Of a stretch of 11,152 nt of DNA, positions 1-6,795 are shown piece by piece. The DNA comes from Promethearchaeota archaeon (GTDB taxonomy: Archaea; Asgardarchaeota; Lokiarchaeia; Sigyniarchaeales; SOKP01). A program made the translations under genes and the position numbers. The notes beneath the pieces were generated by a model. It was not told the DNA's origin. It saw nothing but the letters and a program-made list of their open reading frames with translations, and ran no database searches. How positions within the stretch are numbered: the first letter of the stretch is position 1; each line of letters starts with the position of its first letter. The stretch is from assembly GCA_048941265.1 (NCBI GenBank), contig JBHLNT010000036.1, positions 1 through 11,152 on the forward strand. The letters are read 5' to 3'.

Positions 1-110
1 AATAGATTTATTTTTTATTTTAATCAGATTTAAAAGATGAAAATGTAAAACATGTTTGTCTGTATTATTTAAAAAGAAAAAAATACCCGTATTTTAGCAC
101 GAAAATTTAT

Positions 111-290
111 AGGATGAAAGCAAAATGAACGGGCATTTTTTCCCAATTAGTGGAAAAATTAGGTAAATTTAATTGTTTTTATTATAAGATATAGTTGTTC
201 TCACCGTAATAACATTTAAAGGCTAAATATATAATGATTTAAAATAGAAATAAATAAAAAAAACGCTCAAATTAAAAGGATGAAAGCAAA
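111..290. repeat. 14-bp direct repeat AGGATGAAAGCAAA (111-124 and 277-290), each copy enclosed by its own inverted repeat
   Basis: The two copies are exact. Flanking stems are 78-90/129-141 and 258-268/317-327. Confidence 0.7.
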
Positions 291-431
291 TGGTTGATGA
301 AGCAATATTTTTTAGAGAGCGTTTTTTCTGCTATCATCATAAAAAAATTGATATTTATACTTTTTTGTTTGCAAACATTAATGATTCATTTAAAAATAAA
401 AAAAAAGTAAAAATCGAATAGGTGATTAAAA

Positions 432-534
432 TGCGCCCGCCGGGGATTGAATTCCCGTTCTGATTCGAAAAGAATCAGAAATCCCGGGTCGCCGGCTTGG
501 AAGGCCGATATGCTAACCACTACACTACGAGCGC
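432..534 (-). tRNA. tRNA-Gly(TCC) with 31-nt intron at position 53/54 (exons 483-534 and 432-451)
   Basis: Reverse complement folds as a cloverleaf: acceptor GCGCTCG/CGGGCGC with discriminator A, D-arm GTGT..GCAT, anticodon stem TCGGC/GCCGG with loop CT-TCC-AA, T-stem CCGGG/CCCGG. The T-loop TTCAATC is restored after removing 452-482. No encoded CCA. Confidence 0.95.
452..482 (-). other. Archaeal tRNA intron with bulge-helix-bulge splice motif
   Basis: Intron ATTTCTGATTCTTTTCGAATCAGAACGGGAA. Central helix CCCG/CGGG with bulges GG^A and AA^T, plus a 9-bp intron hairpin TTCTGATTC/GAATCAGAA. Confidence 0.9.
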
Positions 535-603
535 TTAAAAATAGGAAAAAATTCTAATTATACTAATATAACATTTCTTTTAATTTTACTGATTTTGGTA
601 AGT

Positions 604-1278
604 TTAGACAATATTATTAACTAATTCATAAAACGTAATAATTCTGTTTACTACGATACTAGCATCTAATGAATTTTTAGAAATGGAAATGATATTATCG
701 GACAGTTTTAGTACTTCATTTGAAAATATACCTTTCTGGAAACCTCCAATAAACACAATATAATTTTTAGAAATATCAGCAGAAAATAAATCGTGATAAC
801 TTTTTACTAACTTACCCTTTCTTGAAAATAATATTATCTCAGCATCATTAAATTTTTCAGTAAGATCTTTTAAATTGCCGTTAAATGGTATTATTGATGA
901 ATTATTTGTTAATTTAATTTGTCCATCTATCAATAATTTGGCTATTAATCCTTTAAATCTATTAAAATTTCTACTTATTCTAATTTCAGGTTTAATATTA
1001 AAAATTTTATTATTAGCGGTATGAATATATAATTCGAGATATCCGCTTTTATTTAAAGGAGACCCTAATGCACTTAATATACATATGTGAGCTATATCAG
1101 GTCTGCCTCTTTTTTGGAAATTCTTTAGATTTGTCATTGCAGAATGATGAATGGCATTATCTAAAAGTTGAGAAGAGTATAATTTATAATTTATATTATT
1201 TTTTACAGCGGGATGAGTTCTGATTTTATTTGGGATTAATTCTAAACCACAATCTACTAAAATCAAAATTAAAGGCAT
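604..1278 (-). CDS. nep1: 16S rRNA pseudouridine N1-methyltransferase Nep1/Emg1 (SPOUT fold)
   Basis: Family motifs LLDxxxHHxAM, RGRPDIxH, SPLNKxG, YIHT, RNFNRFxGL and IGGFxKG. Confidence 0.95.
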   Translation of the reverse strand: MPLILILVDCGLELIPNKIRTHPAVKNNINYKLYSSQLLDNAIHHSAMTNLKNFQKRGRPDIAHICILSALGSPLNKSGYLELYIHTANNKIFNIKPEIRISRNFNRFKGLIAKLLIDGQIKLTNNSSIIPFNGNLKDLTEKFNDAEIILFSRKGKLVKSYHDLFSADISKNYIVFIGGFQKGIFSNEVLKLSDNIISISKNSLDASIVVNRIITFYELVNNIV

Positions 1279-1293
1279 TTTTTACAGCTCTAT

Positions 1294-1614
1294 CTAAGTT
1301 TTTGTTTTAATATAATATCTTGTAATTTTATTACACTCTAAACAAGTTATAGAAACATGAGAACCTTTGCCTTTTCGGGATTGCATCCTTATTTGGCAAT
1401 TTATGCCAGGATATAGGAACTTTTTGCATCTATGACAAATTCTTTTTTTCCAAATAGGAGGTATTTGAATTTTCGCTCGTTGCGCATATCTTCTTGCTAA
1501 GTATACATATCTATTTGCCAATTCTTTGTTCTCAGGAAATATTTCGTGAGCCCTTTCGAAAAGAAAAATCATACGGGAGATAGAAATGCTTTTAATGATA
1601 TTTTTCGGGGACAT
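1294..1614 (-). CDS. rnp4: Ribonuclease P protein component 4 (Rpp21)
   Basis: LANRYVYLARR helix, zinc-ribbon motifs CHRC and CLEC, LxPG motif; neighbour of yhbY. Confidence 0.95.
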   Translation of the reverse strand: MSPKNIIKSISISRMIFLFERAHEIFPENKELANRYVYLARRYAQRAKIQIPPIWKKRICHRCKKFLYPGINCQIRMQSRKGKGSHVSITCLECNKITRYYIKTKT

Positions 1615-1618
1615 TTTT

Positions 1619-1891
1619 TTAAATTTGTTTTTTAATAGGATTTTTAGAAATGATAAATATTTTCCCTCTTACATCTAATAGATGAGAATTCGTTGCATTT
1701 GCGATTTCGCTTGCAATTTCACTTATATTATTTTTATTAGCCACTGATTTTAATGCTTTGATTTTCACAACTTTATATTTCTTTAATAGCTGAATTACGT
1801 GAGTTATAAACTCATCTGTAATTCCTCTCTTCCCTAATGTGCAATGGGGTTTCGAAAGCAATACTTTTTTAAATTCTTTTTGATAAACCAT
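1619..1891 (-). CDS. yhbY: YhbY/CRM-domain RNA-binding protein
   Basis: KPxxxLGKRGIT, VVKIKALKS and DVRG motifs; typical neighbourhood with rnp4 and rps19e. Confidence 0.88.
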   Translation of the reverse strand: MVYQKEFKKVLLSKPHCTLGKRGITDEFITHVIQLLKKYKVVKIKALKSVANKNNISEIASEIANATNSHLLDVRGKIFIISKNPIKKQI

Positions 1892-1930
1892 ACCCAGAAT
1901 AGCAAAATACCAAAAATTTTTAATTTATCT

Positions 1931-1952
1931 TTACTTTTAAAATTAAAAGTAA
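1931..1952. promoter_or_regulatory. Perfect 10-2-10 inverted repeat in the divergent yhbY/rps19e promoter region
   Basis: TTACTTTTAA-AA-TTAAAAGTAA lies near the centre of the 111-bp divergent intergenic region. Function is inferred. Confidence 0.45.
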
Positions 1953-2002
1953 TATTTAATATTATAATTAAATTAAAGAACTCTTGAATTAAAGATATTA
2001 GC

Positions 2003-2422
2003 ATGTCGATATATGTCGTTGAACCTGGAACTTTAATTCGAACAGTGGCAGAAAAATTAAAAGAATATCCAGAAATTAAACCTCCTAAAGGAAGTGAATT
2101 TTGGAAAACAGCATTTTTTAAAGAATTGGCACCCCTCGATTCTGAAAACTTTTGGTATCTAAGATGCGCTTCATTATTAAGAAAAGTTAATAAGTTTGGT
2201 CCAATAGGTGTGAATCGATTACGGAAATTTTATGGGGGAAGAAATCGAAGGGGTTCTGGATTAAATCACAGCGTAAAAGGAAGCGGGAAAATTGTCAGAG
2301 TTTGTTTACAACAATTAGAAAATGCTCGGTTACTTATAAAAACCGAAAAAAATGGGAGAAAACTCTCTTCCGAGGGAAAAAGTCTCTTAGATCGTATTGC
2401 ATATACAATTTTAAGAAAATAA
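2003..2422 (+). CDS. rps19e: 30S ribosomal protein S19e (eS19)
   Basis: Motifs KTxxxKELAP, WYLRCASLLRK, GPIGVxRLRKFYGG, KGSGKIVRxxLQQLE. Confidence 0.97.
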   Translation: MSIYVVEPGTLIRTVAEKLKEYPEIKPPKGSEFWKTAFFKELAPLDSENFWYLRCASLLRKVNKFGPIGVNRLRKFYGGRNRRGSGLNHSVKGSGKIVRVCLQQLENARLLIKTEKNGRKLSSEGKSLLDRIAYTILRK

Positions 2423-2460
2423 AATTAAATTTTTAACAAAAACCTCTGATGTGATTAATT

Positions 2461-2793
2461 GTGAGTGATGATGAAGAATTAGAAGAGTTAAGAAGAAGAA
2501 AACTTGCACAATTACAACAGCAGGCAGCACAGCAGGAAATAGCGGAAGCACAACAAAAAGAATTTGAAGCACAAAAATATCAAATAATGCGAAAAATTCT
2601 TTCACAAGAAGGTCGTCAGAGATTAGAAAATATTCGAATGGTTAAGCCCGAATTCGCAGAACAAATAGAATTGCAATTAATTCAATTAGCTCAATCAGGA
2701 CGTTTAAGAGGACAGTTATCGGATGCGGCATTCAAAAAGCTATTAGAACAAATAGCAGACAAGAAAAAGGAGTTTAAGATCAAGAATTTTTAA
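2461..2793 (+). CDS. PDCD5-like DNA-binding protein (GTG start)
   Basis: DEELEELRRRKLAQLQ, ILSxEGRQRLENIRMVKPEFA and LIQLAQSGR; canonical position after rps19e; GTGA SD-like element upstream. Confidence 0.93.
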   Translation: MSDDEELEELRRRKLAQLQQQAAQQEIAEAQQKEFEAQKYQIMRKILSQEGRQRLENIRMVKPEFAEQIELQLIQLAQSGRLRGQLSDAAFKKLLEQIADKKKEFKIKNF

Positions 2794-2819
2794 ATTTTCT
2801 ATATCAAAGAGGATATTAA

Positions 2820-2981
2820 ATGGCTAGAAATAAAAACTACCCTTCAAAATTAAGAAGGGCTAAGAAACTTAACCAAAGTAAATCTATACCAAGTTGGATT
2901 GTTTTGAGAACCGGGGGAAAAGTGAGAACTAGTCCGTATACCAGGCGAGAGTGGAGAAATAGGCGGTTAAAAAGAGATTAA
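2820..2981 (+). CDS. rpl39e: 50S ribosomal protein L39e (eL39), 53 aa, absent from the ORF track
   Basis: Manual translation MARNKNYPSKLRRAKKLNQSKSIPSWIVLRTGGKVRTSPYTRREWRNRRLKRD has the PxW and RRxWR motifs. GAGG SD upstream; canonical position before rpl31e. Confidence 0.96.
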   Translation: MARNKNYPSKLRRAKKLNQSKSIPSWIVLRTGGKVRTSPYTRREWRNRRLKRD

Positions 2982-3017
2982 AATGTTTTAATAAATATAC
3001 TAATAAATTGATGATTA

Positions 3018-3491
3018 ATGGCAAAAAAAAAAAGTAAAGAAATAAGTTTAGACGATTTGGAATCAGAATTAGAAGATATCGAAGAAGAAAATAAAATTGA
3101 AGAGGAAATTGAAGAAGAGATTGAAGAAATTGAAGAGTTCAGCTTAGATGAGATCTCTGAAGAGGAAGAAATTAGTGAAATTTTTGAAGAGGAAGTTGAA
3201 GAAATTGAAGAAGCAGAAGCAATTGAAGCTCCTAAAGAGGAAATTATCGATGAAAGAATATATATTGTACCTTTAACAAAAGCAAGACGAGGACCTCGAA
3301 ATAAATGGGCAAAAAAGTCAATTAGATTTCTCAGAGAATATATGGAGCGTCATTTTAAACCAGAATCTTTAATTATTTCACAGGAAGTAAATGAAAAAAT
3401 CTGGGAAAGGGGAATCCAAAAGCCTCCAAGAAAATTAAAAGTAAGGGCTACTAAGAATATTGATGGCTTAGTAGTTGTCTATTTAGCTTAA
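3018..3491 (+). CDS. rpl31e: 50S ribosomal protein L31e (eL31) with ~75-aa acidic N-terminal extension
   Basis: C-terminal core ERIYIVPL...VNEKIWERGIQKPPRKLKVR; lies between rpl39e and eif6. Confidence 0.95.
   Translation: MAKKKSKEISLDDLESELEDIEEENKIEEEIEEEIEEIEEFSLDEISEEEEISEIFEEEVEEIEEAEAIEAPKEEIIDERIYIVPLTKARRGPRNKWAKKSIRFLREYMERHFKPESLIISQEVNEKIWERGIQKPPRKLKVRATKNIDGLVVVYLA
3096..3137 (+). repeat. Imperfect tandem repeat (ATTGAAGAR units) encoding IEEE-IEEE-IEE-IEE
   Basis: attgaagaggaa attgaagaagag attgaagaa attgaagag within the acidic extension of rpl31e. Confidence 0.6.
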
Positions 3492-3560
3492 TTATTTATT
3501 TTAACGTCTTTTATAGGAACGTATCATACTTTAAAAGAACTTTTGGTGAAGTTTTAATAA

Positions 3561-4232
3561 TTGACTATTTTAAAATCCCAAATCTTTGGTGGAAGTTTAA
3601 TAGGAATATATTTAGCAGCAAATAATTCTTTTATCCTATATCCGCGATTAATGCTCAAACCAATGTTAAATAAATTGAAATCAGTATTTAATGAACCTTT
3701 ATATCCCATAACTATTAATAATTCAAATCTCATAGGTGTATATACCGCATCTAACAAATATGGGATTATTGTTCCTAACATTATGAAAGAGGAAGAAATA
3801 GAGATTTTAAAGAAAAGCATCGGGGAATCAGCAAGAATAGGAGTTCTTAAATCGATAGACAATGCTTTTGGAAATTTAATTCTCTGTAATGATAGGGGAG
3901 CAATAATTAGTTCACTCCTGAAAAAAAATAAGAAGGATATAGAGGATATATTAAATGTTGAGGTTGTAGTTTATGAATTTGCAGAATCTTATCTTCCCGG
4001 GTCAATTTCTTTGGCAAATAACTATGGATGTGTTGTACATCCTCTAACTAATGATGAAGAAATCGAGCAAATTAAATCAATTTTAAAGGTTGATGAGACG
4101 GATGTATCAACAATCAATAGAGGTATACCATATTTAAGCGCAGGGGCGATTATCAACGATCATAGTGGAATATTTGGACAAGCAAGCACTGGACCCGAGA
4201 TGATGAGAATGACTTATGTTTTAAAACTGTAA
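3561..4232 (+). CDS. eif6: Translation initiation factor 6 (aIF6), TTG start
   Basis: Pentein repeat motifs GNLILCNDRGA, ANNYGCVVHP, TINRG and STGPE. In-frame stops directly upstream fix the TTG start. Confidence 0.96.
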   Translation: MTILKSQIFGGSLIGIYLAANNSFILYPRLMLKPMLNKLKSVFNEPLYPITINNSNLIGVYTASNKYGIIVPNIMKEEEIEILKKSIGESARIGVLKSIDNAFGNLILCNDRGAIISSLLKKNKKDIEDILNVEVVVYEFAESYLPGSISLANNYGCVVHPLTNDEEIEQIKSILKVDETDVSTINRGIPYLSAGAIINDHSGIFGQASTGPEMMRMTYVLKL

Positions 4233-4341
4233 AAAACTCTACCTCTTATTAAAATAAAATGGAAAATTTAATTTAAAATGCAAAACTTAGTTAAACAATT
4301 ACTATTTTTTATCATCTTAGAATTATATATTTTGAAAAAAA

Positions 4342-4572
4342 ATGTCATCGGAGATTAAAATATTTAGGATTCAAGGAACATACTTCAAAAATCATAAGAA
4401 ATACTTATTTAGAAAAGAAGTACGTGCTTTAAAAAAGGAGGACGCATTGGAGAAAGCGATGTCTCAAATCACCAGTATCGGTCTTCTTAGACGGCAAATA
4501 AAAATTCAAGAAATTAAAGAAATTTCTGCTGATGAGTGTCAAGATTATCTAATTAGAGAATTATCCCTATAA
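4342..4572 (+). CDS. rpl18a: 50S ribosomal protein LX / L18Ae (eL20)
   Basis: KIFRIxG, FRKEVRALKKEDALEK and RRQIKIxEIKEI; canonical position between eif6 and pfdA. Confidence 0.92.
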   Translation: MSSEIKIFRIQGTYFKNHKKYLFRKEVRALKKEDALEKAMSQITSIGLLRRQIKIQEIKEISADECQDYLIRELSL

Positions 4573-4595
4573 TTAAAAGTTAATAGGAAAGAATT

Positions 4596-5009
4596 ATGGA
4601 AACCAATCAACAAGCTCAAGAATTAGTATATAGGTTTAAATATTTAAAAGACCAGCGCGACATGTTCATTGGTCAATTGGACCTTTTAAACGCATCCTTA
4701 GGAAATATTTTGAATACTAAAACCACATTGGAAAATTTAAAAAATGTAAAAGATAATGAGGAGATTTTAGTGCCTATTGGAGGATTAGCGAATGTAAAAG
4801 CTATTATAAAAGATCCTCAAAAAATTATTTTATATATAAATCAAGATGTAGCCATTGAAAAAGATTTAGAAAGTTCGATAGAGTTTCTTGATAAAATCAT
4901 CACCCAACATAATGAACAAATTAATTTTATAAGTTCCCAAATCCAGAATTTGGATGCAAATTTACAATCAATGTCTCAACAATTTCAAAGAAGTAGACCT
5001 GCACAATAA
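4596..5009 (+). CDS. pfdA: Prefoldin alpha subunit
   Basis: Coiled coils flanking EILVPIGG...D...II..I.QDVAIEK beta-hairpins; synteny. Confidence 0.93.
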   Translation: METNQQAQELVYRFKYLKDQRDMFIGQLDLLNASLGNILNTKTTLENLKNVKDNEEILVPIGGLANVKAIIKDPQKIILYINQDVAIEKDLESSIEFLDKIITQHNEQINFISSQIQNLDANLQSMSQQFQRSRPAQ

Positions 5010-5078
5010 TTTCTTTTATATTATGACTCAATATTACAAACTCAATTTTAAATAACCTCATTTTTCGTGAATAGACAA

Positions 5079-5978
5079 ATGTTAGATAAATTAAAATCTG
5101 CTTTTTCTGGTTTTATTAACAAAACTTTAACAGAAAAAAAATTAGAGAATTCAATCAGAGATTTGAAGCTTCTTCTTTTAAGTAATGACGTGGCAATAGA
5201 TACTGCCGACGAGATTTGTAGTAATTTGGTTAATTCATTTAAAGACGAGCAAATAGGGCGATTATCATCAACGAAAAACATGTTATTTGACACGCTAAAA
5301 CAGATTATTACTGATATATTAACTCCAAATCAAGAAATTGATTTACTTAAAGAGATAAAGAAAAAAAATGCAAAAAATTTACCTTATGTCATCGTATTTT
5401 TAGGAGTTAACGGAACGGGTAAAACAACTACAATGGCAAAAATTGCTCATTATTTAAAGAAAAATGACATATCTTCTGTAGCAGCGGCGGCTGATACATT
5501 TAGAGCGGGTGCTATAGAACAATTATCTTATCATATGAGTAATGTTAATATTAGAATCATTAAACATGAGTATAAATCTGATCCCGCAAGTGTATGCTAT
5601 GATGCTATAGAACATGCTAAAGCAAAAGATGTTAATGTCGTTCTTATTGATACTGCTGGCAGACAAGTAACTGATAAGAATTTAATGATTGAAATGCAAA
5701 AAATTGTAAGGATTGCCCAACCAGATTTAATAGTATTTGTTGGTGATAGCCTTGCTGGAAATGATGCTTTATTTCAGGCAAAAGAATTTAAAAAATATGT
5801 AGGTATAGATGCTAATATTTTAACTAAATTAGATGCTGATGCGAAGGGAGGCGCTGCACTATCAATTTTACATGAAACGAATAAACCAATAATATTTGTG
5901 GGAGTTGGACAGAACTATGATGATTTACTCCCTTTTGATCGAGATCTTTTTATATCAAATATTTTAAATTCAGATTAA
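5079..5978 (+). CDS. ftsY: Signal recognition particle receptor FtsY (NG domain only)
   Basis: GVNGTGKTTT, DTFRAGAIEQL, DTAGR, TKLDADAKGG and GVGQ motifs. ATG 5079 (MLDKLK) preferred over GTG 5067. Confidence 0.96.
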   Translation: MLDKLKSAFSGFINKTLTEKKLENSIRDLKLLLLSNDVAIDTADEICSNLVNSFKDEQIGRLSSTKNMLFDTLKQIITDILTPNQEIDLLKEIKKKNAKNLPYVIVFLGVNGTGKTTTMAKIAHYLKKNDISSVAAAADTFRAGAIEQLSYHMSNVNIRIIKHEYKSDPASVCYDAIEHAKAKDVNVVLIDTAGRQVTDKNLMIEMQKIVRIAQPDLIVFVGDSLAGNDALFQAKEFKKYVGIDANILTKLDADAKGGAALSILHETNKPIIFVGVGQNYDDLLPFDRDLFISNILNSD

Positions 5979-5995
5979 ACCTCGATTTTGAGGTT
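5978..5995 (+). terminator. Small hairpin immediately after the ftsY stop codon
   Basis: AACCTC-gatttt-GAGGTT followed by T-rich sequence. A terminator or processing role is inferred. Confidence 0.3.
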
Positions 5996-6053
5996 ATCTT
6001 TAATTTTATTTCATAGATAAATTTTTTAAAGAACATGAATTTAAGAGATTAGC

Positions 6054-6299
6054 ATGTCAACTAAATATCCTAAATACGAGAAGTATGCAAAATATCAGCA
6101 GAAGCAAAAGGAGAGCTCTTATCAGCGCCTTATGGCTTTTCTAAAAAATGCCAAGCGTATATTAAAAATAGCTAATAAACCAGACCGCAAAGAGTATTGG
6201 TTGGTGTTTAAAATATGTGGGATTGGTATAGTAGTGTTGGGAGTTCTTTCATATATTATTCAATTGATTTTTTCTGTTGCAATTCCACTTGGAGATTAA
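6054..6299 (+). CDS. secE: Protein translocase subunit SecE/Sec61-gamma
   Basis: RILKIANKPDRKEY motif followed by a single C-terminal TM helix (GIGIVVLGVLSYIIQLI). Confidence 0.93.
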   Translation: MSTKYPKYEKYAKYQQKQKESSYQRLMAFLKNAKRILKIANKPDRKEYWLVFKICGIGIVVLGVLSYIIQLIFSVAIPLGD

Positions 6300-6362
6300 T
6301 GATTTTCTTTTAAAATATTAAAAAATTACTTATTCTAAATTTTGATAATTTGAGGATTTATT

Positions 6363-6782
6363 ATGCAGATTACTTTAAATTATTTAGAAAAGATGCATTT
6401 TAGTGCATCTGCTCGGCATTTCAGTGATATTCATATAGATGAGCCAGAATCGTTTCATGGAACTAATTTGGCTCCAAGTCCTATTGAATATTTCTTAATC
6501 GGAACAGGCAGCTGTATTGGTAGTACATTTAATTATTGTTTACAAAAAAATAATATGGCAATTGAAAGTCTTAAAATAATCGTTGACGGGACTTTAAAAC
6601 ATATTGGTTCTAATAAAAGGTTGAAATTAGTAAAAATTAATATAGAAATATTAGTTGTTCTGAATGAAAGTGTCCCCCATGAGAAATTTGATTTATGCAG
6701 TAAAACCTTCCAGAAATATTGCCCAATATCAGATGTGATAACTCAGAGAATTCCTTTAAACATTAAGGTTATAAGAAAATAA
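6363..6782 (+). CDS. OsmC/Ohr-family protein
   Basis: DEPxxxxGxxxAPSPIEY, GSC and YCPIS two-cysteine signature; GAGG SD upstream. Confidence 0.88.
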   Translation: MQITLNYLEKMHFSASARHFSDIHIDEPESFHGTNLAPSPIEYFLIGTGSCIGSTFNYCLQKNNMAIESLKIIVDGTLKHIGSNKRLKLVKINIEILVVLNESVPHEKFDLCSKTFQKYCPISDVITQRIPLNIKVIRK

Positions 6783-6795
6783 AGAACATTAGATT

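Noticed and set aside
111-290. CRISPR interpretation of the 14-bp repeat
   Set aside because: Only two exact copies, too short, 166-bp period, and no cas genes.
294-340. C/D-box sRNA (TGATGA at 295-300; minus-strand ATGATGA at 334-340)
   Set aside because: No matching CTGA D box at a suitable distance on either strand.
1-451. Integrated element at the tRNA 3' end
   Set aside because: No duplicated tRNA end, integrase or terminal repeats are visible in the window.
420-463. AGGTGA SD-like motif plus ATG at 431 on the plus strand
   Set aside because: Gives only a 10-codon ORF antisense to the tRNA; probably coincidental.
2411-5293. Antisense ORFs 2411-2605, 3554-3862 and 5048-5293
   Set aside because: Shadows of the PDCD5-like gene, eif6 and ftsY, with no motifs of their own.
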